Source of the DNA: Octopus vulgaris
Lineage: Eukaryota
Direction: 5' to 3'
Assembly (NCBI GenBank): GCA_951406725.2
Contig: OX597824.1
Span: forward strand, 3,782,001-3,846,000
DNA: 64,000 nucleotides
Within the stretch, counting starts at the first letter, position 1; every line of letters begins with the position of its first letter. The position numbers and the translations under genes were made by a program. Positions 25,887 through 39,884 of this stretch are shown one piece after another. The notes under the pieces were generated by a model. That model had not been told where the DNA came from. It was given only the letters and a program-made list of their open reading frames with translations, and did no database searches.

Positions 25887-26796
25887 TTGGGTCATCCCAT
25901 AAATAATGTGGTTTTTCAATTGTATGAACTAAAGGTCGGAGGGAGACGGGATGAACTACCTGCATCAACTTGCTATAAAGAAGGTAGTAATTTTACCATG
26001 TCCTTATTCTTAGTGCAAGTTTTGAAGAGTGCAGTTCGATTTTAACAGCTATTTTTTCAAAGCTATAATGGAAGTGACACAGGAGCATAATTGGCATATT
26101 TTGCTTTATGAGTTCAATAAAGGCAATAATGCAATGGAAAGTGGAGGAATATTAATGCAAGATATGGGGATTAGACAATAAGTGTAAGCCAATGTTAACA
26201 GTGATTCCAGAAATTCTGAGCCAGAATCTACAGCCTAAAAGACAAGCCTCATCCTGGAAGATCTGCAGAGCTTGACAAGGACGTCCTGCAAAACCCTGAT
26301 GGAACAAAATCCCATCGTAACTGTTGAGGAACTAGTAGAGAAGCTTGGATTTGGTCATTCCACCAGTATTTCAAATCAGTGCTAGAAGAAAAACGACCAT
26401 CTTTGGTTTTAAGACAAAAGATGTTCTTCCATCAAGATAATGCTGGGTTACATACAGTGAGGATGGCATTCCAAAGGCTGGAGCAGGTTGAATGGGAAAC
26501 GATGTCCCACCCACCATATTTGCCAGACATTGCCCCATCTGATTATCATTTATTTCATAGTCTTCAAAATAATTTGGACAAAAATATATGAATTCTGGAG
26601 ATGAGTTCAGAACAGTACTGGAGGAGTATTTTTCATCACGGACAAGATGATTTTGAAAGAGGGTCCTTACAAATCTACCAGACAGATGAAAAAGCACTGT
26701 AGAAGAGTAAATTTTAAATTAAAAACAAACTTTGTTTATCTTGATTTTCAAGAATAAAGAAGTATGAAAAATCGCATTATTTATGGGATGACTCAA
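25887..26796 (+). mobile_element. mariner (DD34D-type) transposon, internally deleted and decayed
   Basis: TIRs TTGGGTCATCCCATAAATAATG / CATTATTTATGGGATGACTCAA|TA; transposase remnants MEVTQEHNWHILLYEFNKG... and FFHQDNAGLH...HPPYLPDIAPSDYHLF. Confidence 0.92.
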
Positions 26797-27122
26797 TACA
26801 CACACATGCGCACGCACACACACACACACACACATATATAAATACATATGTGCACATGTATAGATCACCATCACCATCATTATCATCATCATTATCATCA
26901 TTTAACATCCATTTTCCATGCTGGCACAAGTTGCTTTTGCTCTACTTAGAAGAGTTTCAAGATATCTGCTCTTAGGAAGAGACTCTACAATTGGTAGAAT
27001 TATAAAAAAAGTTCAACCCTCATCTGATAACCACCAGAAAGGGTTTTAAAAGCAACAGAAAACAACCACAACAACAAAAGCGAGGATAGCAATCACAAGA
27101 GCATTTTAACAGTAAATATTAC

Positions 27123-27426
27123 CTTTAAATAAAAACTTTGTCGAGTCAAGTTTAATTTCTTTTGTTGGAGTGATGCATTTTAGATCAGGTGTAAAATTTG
27201 AATTAAGACAGAAGAACTGAGCCTTATAATCTGATTTGTCTGGCAAATAATACACTTTTGTATTGCGTCTAAATGCAGCAGGTTGGCTATTGTCGTCTTC
27301 TGATGAGTTGTCAGTTTTGTTTGATGTCACTCTGTAATCCTTCTCTTCGTTCTCGTTGGGTTCAGAGAATGAATGTCCTTTCATCAGGGAAGGTTTCTCA
27401 TCAAGTGTCACTGCAAGCTGTGGTAT
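27123..27426 (-). CDS. Probable coding exon (304 nt) of unknown minus-strand gene
   Basis: Strong acceptor cttcctctcatcttttccacag|ATA and donor AAG|gtaata; non-repetitive open frame IPQLAVTLDEKPSLMKGHSFSEPNENEEKDYR...KEIKLDSTKFLFK; phase 0 to phase 1. Confidence 0.7.
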
Positions 27427-27682
27427 CTGTGGAAAAGATGAGAGGAAGTCTATTTGAAATGGTTGATGGTAATAATTGGTTGAAGAATGAAATTAAATTT
27501 ACTTATTAGTTTGTTATGGTTTGGCAGAGTTGTTAGGTGTGAGGGACAAAATGCCTTGTGGGATTTAGTTATGACCAAAAGCAAAACATCAAAACAAACC
27601 TCAATGCATACCCAAGGCACACAACCAGGGTTGTGCTTGGGAGAGCAGTGAATGCATGTAACAAAAATAAGACTACTGAATG

Positions 27683-27724
<42 letters not shown>

Positions 27725-27859
27725 TTAATAATAAAAAATAATAATAATAATAATAATAAGCACATACCCAAGGCACACAGAGCTGCGCTCGGTAGTGAAG
27801 TGAAAGCATGCTATAAAAATAAAACTACTGAACAATAATAATAATAATAATAATAATTG

Positions 27860-28192
27860 TGACCCCCTTCGGTCATGAATGACCATGGGATTGCACCTAG
27901 AAAGTTACCCTCCTAGACACAAGTCTGGGCAAGGCTGTTTATGGAAGACCAGCAGTCGCCCATGCATACCAGCCTCCCCTCTCCACGCCACCAGTGTTAT
28001 CCAAGGGAAAGACAAAGGTCGATACAGCTTGGCACCAGTGACGTCGCAACTCATTTCTACAGCTGAGTGAACTGGAGCAACATGAAATAAAGTGCCTTGC
28101 TCAAGAACACAACACGCAGCCCGGTCCGGGATTCGAGCTCACAACCTCACGATCGTAAGCTCAACGCTCTAACCACTGAGCCATGCGCCTTC
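27860..28192 (-). mobile_element. tRNA-derived SINE (family C), full length
   Basis: Minus-strand head GAAGGCGCATGGCTCAGTGGTTAGAGCG...GAGCTCGAATCCC; matches 2500-2816. Confidence 0.88.
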
Positions 28193-28197
28193 ATAAT

Positions 28198-28250
<53 letters not shown>

Positions 28251-28252
<2 letters not shown>

Positions 28253-28496
28253 GCTCTGATGCAGTATCAGACAGTGGCTCTCATGGCTTCTGATCTTAAC
28301 TGATTGGAAGTGTTATCATGTACATTGTTTTGTCTTGGTTAAGGTCAAACAACTGACAAAGAAATCTATGGTATTGAGCAGAATATTTGCTGTGGCCAAT
28401 CTTTTATACCAAGACAAAACAATGTACATGATAACACTTCCAATCAGTTAAGATCAGGGTCCATGGGAGCCACTGCCTGGTACTGCATCAGATCAT
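28251..28496. repeat. Inverted pair of the 10632-type repeat (about 89-bp arms)
   Basis: 28251-28339 is reverse-complemented at 28408-28496; (TAA)n lies to the left and (TTA)n to the right. Confidence 0.85.
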
Positions 28497-28869
28497 ACAT
28501 TTTCATTATTATTATCATTATTATTATTATTATTATTATTTCTGATTTAGGTGGATGGTCAACAGTTTTGAAGGGAAGGGGTAAGTCAATACCATTGATC
28601 CCAATACTTGACTGGTACTTTATTTTATCGACCCTGGAGGGATGAAAGTCAAAATTGACCTCAGTGAAATTTGAGCTCAGAATCTAAAATCATGGAAGAA
28701 CCACTGCTGAGCATTTTGTCCGACACACAAACCAAATACACGAAGACACACTTTATTATTGCTTTGTCATTGCTGGTGATGAGGGGATTAAACCCCATGT
28801 GTGGGTGTATACAGGCATGAGATGGCAGCTGTATAGCAACTCAGTAACGATTGCATGCAAGAAGCTTAA

Positions 28870-28903
<34 letters not shown>

Positions 28904-30096
28904 GGAGAAAAAATAAAGAACTGCACTGACAACGATCGTGTAAGCTTGTTCTATCTTGATATAACTTATTTGATGACCAAACAAGGAATTACAGAACCTG
29001 CACTGCATTATTTTGCATTGGGCTCTGTATTTGATTCTTTGATTTTTCAGCATTTACAGTGACAAGTAAAACACATTTTCTTCAATAAATGGTATTAATA
29101 GATGGCAACAAAATCGTTACCATAAAATATGAAACAATAGAAAGAGATTATTTCTGGTATCACACAGCTTGTATATTAGGTAACATTTTATTATAAATGG
29201 ATCAATATAGATTTGGAATGGAGCTCATGAAAGCACAATTTTAGCACCGAGAAAAGGAGGTTTTATAAGTGGAAATCAGAGACAATTGGTAAGTTGGTTT
29301 CAAAGTATTTAATAGCCCTGCCTCTTACACAGTCATAAAAATGCCTGCTGCCTGTTCTAATTCTTGTATTCTTTGACACTTCTCTATTTGGTAACAATAA
29401 TTTTGCATTTCTTTAGAAATGTTTTTCATTTTTTTTTTCTTCTACTGCATTATATTTTTATTGTGATCTTAATTTATACATTTTTCTTTTTTTTTTTTTC
29501 ATGGTTTCTTGCATTTTCAGAATGGTTTGGGCAGGAATATCATAGAGTTTGGTCACAAGTATCATGCTTTTCTGATTTGTTTTAATCATGGGTACTGGCT
29601 CTCTTGCTCTGTCTGTCTGTTTGTCTGTCTCTAGGTGCCTCCTTGTTTGTTCTTGACCCTGTTGAACATCCAGGATGTGACAGCTGGAGAGAAAGAAAGA
29701 CAAAGAGAAACAGAGGGAGGGAGGGAGGGGTGGGGAGAGAAGTTTGCCTCAGCATCTGGGTGATGATGATATTCCTAACAAATGAATAAACTGAAGAAGC
29801 TTGGAATAAAATGCCATGCCCAAGGATGAAATAAATAACATGTTACTCAGTCCAGGAAATGAACACACAACCTTGTGATCATGAACTGAATATTCTTACA
29901 TTTAGGCCATACACCTGGCTAAATAAAAGTAATTAAGAGAAAACAATAATTTAAGATTACAATATAAACAACTTTTTTGATTTTTTAGGATGTTTGTTTT
30001 TACTTTCTGCTCTTTGGTATTTCAAATTTCAGTTTTGATTTTCATTCATGCATTTTATCCACCATTTCGAGGATTGCCAATTCGCTGCCCCCACCC

Positions 30097-30209
<113 letters not shown>

Positions 30210-30337
30210 TATACAGTAATAATAAAAGGGTGAAATTAATTAATTAGGGATAATTATCAATTACACCAAGTAGATTTCGGTATGTAAAGCCCCATTCGAG
30301 GAAAATTTAAGTAATACTGAATTAGTTAGCACTCCAT

Positions 30338-30480
30338 AGAAATACAGTCAAAGAGAATATATTCTAAAAGGGATCTAAACACAGCACTTAAAAGGCAACC
30401 TGTCTGTGTTTGCCTTTTAAGTGCTGTGTTTTTACTGAGATCCCCTTTTAGTAGAAGGAACTATACTTTGACTATTTCTA
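30338..30480. repeat. Imperfect fold-back between (TA)n tracts
   Basis: AAACACAGCACTTAAAAGGCAA pairs with TTGCCTTTTAAGTGCTGTGTTT; outer TAGAAATA..AGTCAAAG pairs with CTTTGACTATTTCTA. Confidence 0.8.
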
Positions 30481-30492
30481 AATTCGGTGTTG

Positions 30493-30546
<54 letters not shown>

Positions 30547-30548
30547 AC

Positions 30549-30653
<105 letters not shown>

Positions 30654-30654
30654 A

Positions 30655-30692
<38 letters not shown>

Positions 30693-30699
30693 CATATGA

Positions 30700-30762
<63 letters not shown>

Positions 30763-30924
30763 CATACATATACATACATATACATATATATACATATACA
30801 TACATATACATATATATATATATACATATACATACATGCATATACATATATATATATATATGTATATACCATCATCATCATCATCATCAGTATCATCACT
30901 GCCATCATTGTTGTCACCATCACC

Positions 30925-30956
<32 letters not shown>

Positions 30957-31908
30957 CACCATGACCACCACCACAATGACGACAACGTTAACAATGAACA
31001 TAAGGGTGATGACAACAATCACTGTTAGTGCCATCGTTGCCCACCCCACCACAACCACCTACAACACCATGACTATGATCACCACCACCACCACCACCAC
31101 CACCATCACCACCACTACAACGACAAGGACATTTAACTGAGAGCTTAGGCTTACATAGAAATATCAAAAGAAGCCTGCCATCAGATTGCGATGTGTTTGG
31201 AGTGGATCTGGCTCTATGTGAATTTGGCCTTGACATTCAGTGTTACCTTGACATTAAAACAGTGTCAGCAGAGGATGGCTTCAGGTAAAAATTACCTTTA
31301 CATTTAGAATAATCTACAAGTGAATCAAGGAAAGAATCTCTACAGGGCCCTTTGATTTACTTGAAATAGCAGCCAAATCTCCCTGAAATCACATCCTGCT
31401 GTCTTGAAAAAGGAACAAGAGCACACCATATTTGACAGGAAAATAGAAAAAATTAGACGGAATGTCTTTGATCGTAAGTGTGCATGATCAGGATTAATGA
31501 CTTGGGGTTGAACAAGTGCAACAACAGCTACACACCTTCAGTAGTATTAACAGCAGCAGCAACAGCCCCCTCCCCCCCGACCATTACCACCACCACCACC
31601 ACCACCATCACCACCATTGCCTCCACTAATGTCACAACCACCACCAACGCAAAGAGCAACACCGAGAATGGGAAACTGAGAACCACAGAGTAACAAAGGA
31701 TTTGATAGGAATGTGTTTATCACAAGTTGGCAGATTCCAAGAATTCAGAAAATCAGAAAATGGTGAATGATTTCAAATAGATCGTTTTTAATTGAAAAAA
31801 CAGAATGGCAACCAGATTTACTATACATTCATACATACATACACACATACATACACACACACATATATATATTTATATATACACACACACACACATACAT
31901 ATACATAC

Positions 31909-31947
<39 letters not shown>

Positions 31948-32004
31948 CACGTACATATGTATATGTATATATACATATATATGTATGTATAATATATATG
32001 TATT

Positions 32005-32035
<31 letters not shown>

Positions 32036-32745
32036 GGGTATATATATATAAATATAAATACACACACATACTTATATCTGTATATAGACATTATATGCAC
32101 ACAAATGCACACATATATGTATGTATGTATATATGTATGTGTGTATATATGTATGTATGCATATATGTATATATGTAAGTATATATGTATGTACGTATGT
32201 ATATATACATGTATGTAAGTATGTATATATGTATGTGCATGTGTATATATGTGTGTATACATGCATGTGTATATATGTATGTGTGTATATATATGGCTCA
32301 GAAGATGCTCCATGCTATGAATTCTAACATTTGGAAATGGTAAAACTCTAAAACTTTCACATACGCAAAATAATTTTGTACCAAAATATTTTTTAGCCAT
32401 AAATTTTGAATAAATAAAGAAAAATAATACCATTTTTTTCATATGTGGTTCAGAATTCTAAGAAGTCAGTTTAAATTTGAAATCTTTATTGATTTTTTTA
32501 AAAGTTAAGATAAGATATCTGAGTGAATAACTTGTTGCTGGACCTGCAAACTGGTAGTTTATGAGTTCAAATCCACAGAGAGAATTATCATTATTGAGTT
32601 TTGTGGATCGATTTAGAAGCAGGAAACTGTGGATGCCCATCATCTTCTATCTATCTACCTACCTACCTTTTTATCTATCTATCTGTCTGTCTGTCTGCCT
32701 GTCTTTCTGCTTGTCTGTCTATCTATCTATTTATATATATATATA

Positions 32746-32866
32746 GGGAGAGTTCACGAAAAAAAACAAAAGACGAAGACAGGTGGTGTATAAAACAAAT
32801 AGATGTATTAGTATAACGCTCAGGAATAGAAAAAGTCTTTTACGTTTTGAGCCTATGCTCTTCTAT
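32746..32866 (-). mobile_element. Short Penelope-like terminal repeat with hammerhead core lost
   Basis: Same family as 55912-56040; retains GAGCATAGGCTC but the CTG..GA core is overwritten by (TA)n and GAAA has become AAAA. Confidence 0.55.
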
Positions 32867-32889
32867 ATAAATATATATACACACATATA

Positions 32890-33380
32890 AATTCAATGGT
32901 AAGTTTGTTAGAGAGGTAGGAGTACATCGAGGCTCAGTTCTCAGCTCCCTCCTGTTCATTATAGTCCTGCTGGCCATAACTAAGAAATCTATGGCCAGTT
33001 GCCAATTCTAAGAACTCACATATGCCGTTGATAGAATCAACAGAATCTCTGCAAGATTTAGTGAAGAAATTTCAGACACAAAAGTAAAAGCTGGAATTAA
33101 TTGAGGTGCCTCAAACTAAACTTTCCAAAGACTACAATTCGATAAGGAAAGAAAAGGCAGAACCTTGCAACCATTAGAGAATGGTTAGTTCTCTATATGC
33201 ATGTAGCAGGATCAATGGTAGGAGGTTAACATTGTATGTGCTTGATGAAAGCAATAAGAATACATATGAAATATATTTCTTCAAATGTTCATGAGGTTGG
33301 CTCCCTGGAAATAGTTGACCAAATATTTGATGCATGTCCAACTGCTTGAAACACAGTCGTGTCCAGAGTAGAGAAAGAAT
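32890..33380 (+). mobile_element. RTE LINE reverse transcriptase fragment, heavily decayed
   Basis: EVGVHRGSVLSSLLFIIVLLAI...ELTYAVD resembles the RTE motif VGVHQGSVLSPLLF...LYADD. Confidence 0.7.
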
Positions 33381-33486
33381 AGATTCAGTATTAACTTCTG
33401 AGAGTGTCTTTTGGTTTAGCTGTACTTATGTGATGGTGATGATGATGATTGTAGGGAAAGAGTGAGACATAAAGAGAAAGAAGGTA

Positions 33487-33606
<120 letters not shown>

Positions 33607-33794
33607 AGAAGGAAAGAGAGAGAGAGAGATAAGAAGTGGAAGGAAAAGATTCTTGAGGTGCTTTCCTTGAAAAGCTAAATGAATTTTCTAGAAAGATTCT
33701 GGTGATTGATAACTAAAAAGAAAAAAATAAAGGAACGAACGAGGAAGAAAAGGCAATCCACCATTAATGTAAGAATCTCCATCTTCCCACATAC

Positions 33795-33841
<47 letters not shown>

Positions 33842-33923
33842 AATCGTGTGAGTTGGAATTTGCAGTGAGGGATCTGGTGATGACAGTCACAGTATAAATG
33901 ATAACATCAAACCGTGGGGGCAT

Positions 33924-34022
33924 GAAGAAGAAGAAGAAGAAGAAGAAGAAGAAGAAGAAGAAGAAGAAGAAGAAGAAGAAGAAGAAGAAGAAGAAGAAGA
34001 AGAAGAAGAAGAAGAAGAAGAA

Positions 34023-34067
<45 letters not shown>

Positions 34068-34240
34068 AGAGAAGGTAGAATAAGAAGAAGAATGAAAGGG
34101 AAGAAGCAAGGGAAGAAGAAGAAGAAGAAGAGGAGGAGGAAGGAGGAGAAGAAGAAGAAGAAGAAGAGGAGGAGGAAGGAGGAGAAGAAGAAGAAGAAGA
34201 AGAAGAGGAGGAGGAGGAGGAGGAGGAGGAGAAGAAGAAA
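33924..34240. repeat. (GAA)n/(GAG)n homopurine tract
   Basis: About 40 perfect GAA units, then GAA/GAG mixtures; a long (GA)n also lies at 33490-33630. Confidence 0.95.
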
Positions 34241-34780
34241 CATCTTCCCCACTTCACGCCTCATCCTTCCACCCCCCACCACTGAGAACCGAATGACCTC
34301 CCTCTCCTTCCTTCACACTCTCCTTACAAATGGATCCAGAACGAATTGTTTTAAATGAAAGAATGATGAATGAGGATAGGTCAATGAACACTTGCAAGTA
34401 CAATCAAGTGTTTGTCGTTAATAATAATGATAATAATAATAATAATAATAATAATGATAATAATAATAATAATAATAATAATAATAGCGACTGCTTTTAT
34501 TGGCCACAAGGACCCACAACATGGAGGAGAATATCAAAGAGATACAACAGACAAAAACAGATGGGGTTTACATTGATCAAGGGGAGATGCTACAACATTA
34601 AAGGATATAGCAAAAGGATTACATTGACCGCCCCAGTGTGTAACTGGTACTTATTTTGTTGCCCCTGAAAGGATGGAATTTGGATGTGCAGATGGACAAA
34701 ATGCCACTGAGCTGTTTGTCTGACATGCTAACCATTCTGCTACCTCCTTAGTGATGATGGTGATGATAATGATGATGATG

Positions 34781-34829
<49 letters not shown>

Positions 34830-34836
34830 TAATAAT

Positions 34837-35413
34837 CAGAGGGAATATAAGAGACGCCATGACAATGTAGCAAGGCTTGTCCATTGGACACTTTGCAACA
34901 AGTATGGACTTGACAGAGCAAAAAATTGGTACGACCATAAACCCGAAGGCACCATCAAAAATGATATCGCAATGATCCTGTGGGATTTTATGATCCAGTG
35001 TGACCATGAGATGGAGAATAGGAAGCCAGACATAGTCTTAATTGAGAAAGAAAACAAACTTTGCTGGATCATAGATATCGCATGCCCAGCTGAAAACAAG
35101 GTATGCGATAAGGAAGAAAGAAAAGTCAAGAGATATGACAGGTTAGCTTGGGAGGTAAAGTAGTTGTGGTCGATGAAAAAGGTGGTAGTGATACTAATAA
35201 TTGACGGAGCCCTTGGAACAGTGAGCAAAAATCTTGAAAAGCACATGGAAAAAATAGGGGCTGCAACAAGGGTGGAGCACTTGCAGAAAACAGCACTGCT
35301 TGGAACTGCTCAAATACTCGATTTGGTGCTCGAAAAATAAGGGGTGTTACCTTAGTTCACTGGTAGTGAACAGCTGACACCTAGTACATCTCCAGCATTA
35401 AACGTTGTGCAAA
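34837..35413 (+). mobile_element. R4/Dong-type RLE retroelement 3' end, family 1
   Basis: EYKRRHDNVARLVHW...ILWDFMIQCDHEMENRKPDIVLIEKENKLCWIIDIACP...K..Y carries the RHD and PD-(D/E)xK RLE motifs; in-frame stop at 35161; preceded by (TAA)n. Confidence 0.9.
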
Positions 35414-35481
35414 GACAACAACAACAACAGTAATAATGATAATAATGATGAGGATGATGATGATGATGATGATGATGATAA

Positions 35482-36045
35482 TTATAAAATCAAAACTGCT
35501 GACAAATTGTACAAGCATTACCCTGAGGCTGTAACTGAGGGAGAAAATGTACATACAGACCTGACCATCAAAGCTAATAAACCAGATGTTGCTGTGAAAG
35601 ACCAAAACTTTATTGATTAACATGAATATTCCTTGTGACCATAATATCTTGGCTTATCAAAAATTTGATAAGCTCAGAAAATATAAAGATTTTGCTGACT
35701 GAAATCGAAAAAATGTGGCATCCCAAGATGGTTGCAATACCAGTAATTATAGGAGTACTTGGAATGATCAAAGAAAGAACGGAAAATTATTTAAGAATGA
35801 TTCCTAGCTTACCATCCATGCAGGAAGTGCAAAAGATTGTCTTAACTGCTACGTCACACATATTGAGGAGAGCATTGGCACTATGAATTTTCTTTCCTTC
35901 GCCCCCTAATTTTTGCTATCACATGACTTTGTAAATGAACAATCTGGTGTGTTTATTTTAATGGCCTACCAATGTATATAGTGAGTTTCTCTGCCCTGTC
36001 AGAAGGACACCTGGCAAGAAATGGAGCTAAAATTGAAAGAAGATA
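35482..36045 (+). mobile_element. R4/Dong-type RLE retroelement 3' end, family 2
   Basis: TDLTIKANKPDV...KYKDLLTEIEKMWH...PVIIGVLG...HILRRAL; its 3' UTR recurs alone at about 20380-20480 (+) and 52890-52965 (-). Confidence 0.85.
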
Positions 36046-36064
36046 ACAACAACAATAATAATAC

Positions 36065-36705
36065 AAAAATTGCTGCAGTAGGGTCGGACTATTTACATTG
36101 GAAAACATGTAAACACTACAAAATCAACACTCCCGCTTACTGGTATTAACATCATCCTGGCCAAGTTGTTGAAGGTAAAATTGTCACTACCCTCTGGGAT
36201 TTTCCAGTCAATAATGACAGAACGATCAAGGATAATTGACCAGACATAGTCATTAAAGACAAGGAAGAAAATACTTGTAGACTAATAGATGTAAGTGTTC
36301 CCACTGATAAAAACATATCTGTCAAGGAATTTGACAAATTAAGTTAATATAAGGACCTGGAAATCGAAATACAAAAGATGTGGCATCTTAAAGCAAGAAC
36401 TGTTCCTGTTATTGTGGGTGTCCTAAATACGATAAGAAAGGGACGTCAGAAACATCTAGATAAGATCCCAGGAGAACCATGTTTCAGAGAAATCCAAATG
36501 ACTGTACTGACAAGTACTGCCCACGTCCTTAGAAAAACCTTATCCATTTAAATGTCTGTGCTGTATTACATAAAGATATTTCACTACAGCCCCTCCCCAA
36601 GCTTTCAGTCATACTGTAACATTTCTTATCCTTCACTCGCCCCAGGACGCTGGGTGTGTTTCGGCGAGTGATTGTAACAAACATGTAGATTAAAAGTAGA
36701 TAAAA
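36065..36705 (+). mobile_element. R4/Dong-type RLE retroelement 3' end, family 3
   Basis: YLHWKTCKHY...LWDFPVNNDRTIKDN*PDIVIKDKEENTCRLIDVSVPTDKN...YKDLEIEIQKMWHL...HVLRKTL. Confidence 0.88.
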
Positions 36706-36944
36706 ATGATAATAATAACAATGGTTTCAAATTTTGGTACAAGGCCAGTAATGCTGGGAGAAAGGGGTTTAGATTATTACTTTGACCCCAGTACGCAACT
36801 GGTACTTATTTTATGGATCTTGAGAGGATGAAAATCAAAGTTGATCTTGCTGAGATTTGAACTCAGAACGCAATGAGTTAGAACAAGTGCTGTTAAACAT
36901 TCGTCTGATGCACTAATGATTCTGCTAGCTCATCACCTTCAATG

Positions 36945-37008
<64 letters not shown>

Positions 37009-37916
37009 TAATAATAATATTAATAATAATAATAATAATAATATTAATAATAATAGTAATAGTAATTTTCTTTTGTTGGTCTCAAGGTCCAGAGATGCTG
37101 ATGACATTACAAAGTCATGATGATGATGATGATGATGCTGACAACGATGATGCTGACAATGATGATGATGATGAGGATAATGATGATAACGAATGGCAAG
37201 ATCAGTTTGTTTCTAATAATAATCATTATCATTCAGTGATTATATCAAATTTTGGTAATTTTTCATTTTTGTTTTGCAAAAAGAAAGAAAAGAAAAAAGA
37301 ACCAAAATCGCAAGCAAACCAACATACAAGCCAAAGAATATTTTGGTATTTTATGCATTTTTATTAGAATTATTTATCAAGTTCTTTATCAGGTCAAAAT
37401 CTAAGCTAAAATTTACTAGGGAAATGCTGTTACTGACTCTTAAAAATTGTTATTTTTTCTTTTTTTCCTTTCGTTTTTTCTTCCTTTTTTTTATTTTTTA
37501 CCATCAAGATTTTCCCTTATTTTTATTTTCAAAAATTTCTTTTACTTTTCTTAAAAATTTTTGCATAGAATAAACAGAAGAAAAACAAGCCATTTAGTGC
37601 CAAGATGTTGAGGAAAACATTTTCTTTTCTATTTGCTGTTGTTGTTATTGTCATTGCGGTTATTATTATTATTATTATTATTATCATTATTATTATTATT
37701 ATTATTAACATCATCATCATTATTATTATTTTGTTTTTGCCTTTCTTATATTCTCTGATATCTTTGAAATCAGGTTGAATGGATTGCATTACCATTTCGA
37801 AGTCTTGAAGTGGTTTCTTTTTTACTCCCAAAGTAAAAATTGATATTTATTTTTTTGTCAAGTTTAGAATTATATACATACATACGTACATACATATATA
37901 TGTGTATATATTTATG

Positions 37917-37956
<40 letters not shown>

Positions 37957-38009
37957 TATATGTATATACACATACATACATATACATTGTATATGTATAT
38001 ATATATGTG

Positions 38010-38085
<76 letters not shown>

Positions 38086-38278
38086 CACCACACATACACA
38101 CATGCACACATACACACACACCCATACATATAAGCTTGAGTATTTTCATGTCAGCATGTGTATGTTTTGAGTATGTATGTGCACATATGCACACGCACAT
38201 GCATATATATATATATATGTGTGTGTGTATGTGTGCATGTGTTTGTACATATATATATATACATATATACATACATAT

Positions 38279-38327
<49 letters not shown>

Positions 38328-38587
38328 CACATATTTATATATACATATCTATTTGAATAAACATATACTTACACCAATTTATATAAGGATTTTGCAGTTC
38401 TATGTCTATATTAGATGCCTCCCATACATATTTGCTCAAATAGATTCTACATACAAACATACGTGCACAAATTTATACATACATGTTCTTCACCAAGCTG
38501 ACACAAGTGCATTTGTCACATTTATATCAATAGGTGTATGCATTCACACAAGCACACACTTGTACTTATATATGTGCATTTGCACCA

Positions 38588-38620
<33 letters not shown>

Positions 38621-38790
38621 TGCACAGAAGGAGACATATATACTCAGTCATATACTCACACAAACACACATGAATACTTACAAATAAGCTTATCTTCACA
38701 TATTCATGTAGTTGTATGAACATCTAACTATACATGCTTACATATATGTCTACACACACACACACAAACATACATACATACCTACATACC

Positions 38791-38842
<52 letters not shown>

Positions 38843-39166
38843 TATATATATATACATATATATATATATACATATACACATTGACTTACATATATATTCA
38901 AATACGCAATCACATACATATTAGTTCTTTATAAGCATGAGTATGTATATATATGTTTGTGTGTATGTATGCACACACACACACACACACACACGCACAC
39001 ACACATGTGTATATTCCTTTGTTTAGGTGACAAGGAGACAAATTCATCTCATGACAGAATGCACAATAGCAAGAAACTCAGAGTGAAAAGTCAATTTCTA
39101 AAGAACAAATATACTCTGTTGCTTGTATTGAGTATGCTCACTCCCATTTGTGAGCAGAAATGCAGA

Positions 39167-39234
<68 letters not shown>

Positions 39235-39838
39235 TAGATAGATAGGTAGTTATATACATAGATTGATATAGATACAATCAAATGTTTGAGGTATGGTGTT
39301 ATATATAGAGTCGTTGGCTTGAATTTGATGTTTGCTCTATGGTCAATGTTTCTTTATCTTTTTCTCAAATACATTTGAGAGCACTTCTCTTTTGCAGTCC
39401 TATAAACCCTTTTGTTTCCATAAAAAGAGACAAATATTATTTTTTGCCGTACAATAAGAGACTTCCAAATAGGGAAGCGTTGTGCTAGAACACAAAAAGG
39501 GATAAATTCACGAAAGGAATGAAAATTAAGAACGTTTACCATCTCAACTATATCCCAGGCCGACGGTTTCTAACTATTTCCAGCAAACAAAAGAAAAATA
39601 TATATTTGCCGAAGGCCAGTTTCTTCAGTGGGTCAGCCTTGATAATCCTGATGCACAGACTGTTAGATCCACAGTAGATCTAACGGTTTGTAAATCCTAA
39701 CTTTTCAAACCTCTGCGCAGACGCAAATCATACCCGGTGACAGAGAGGATGCCAGTAAAAAATTTACAAACAAATTTATCAAACAATATTTATTACCAGG
39801 CCACTGGTAATAATAATTTATTATTACCCTATTTTATT

Positions 39839-39884
<46 letters not shown>

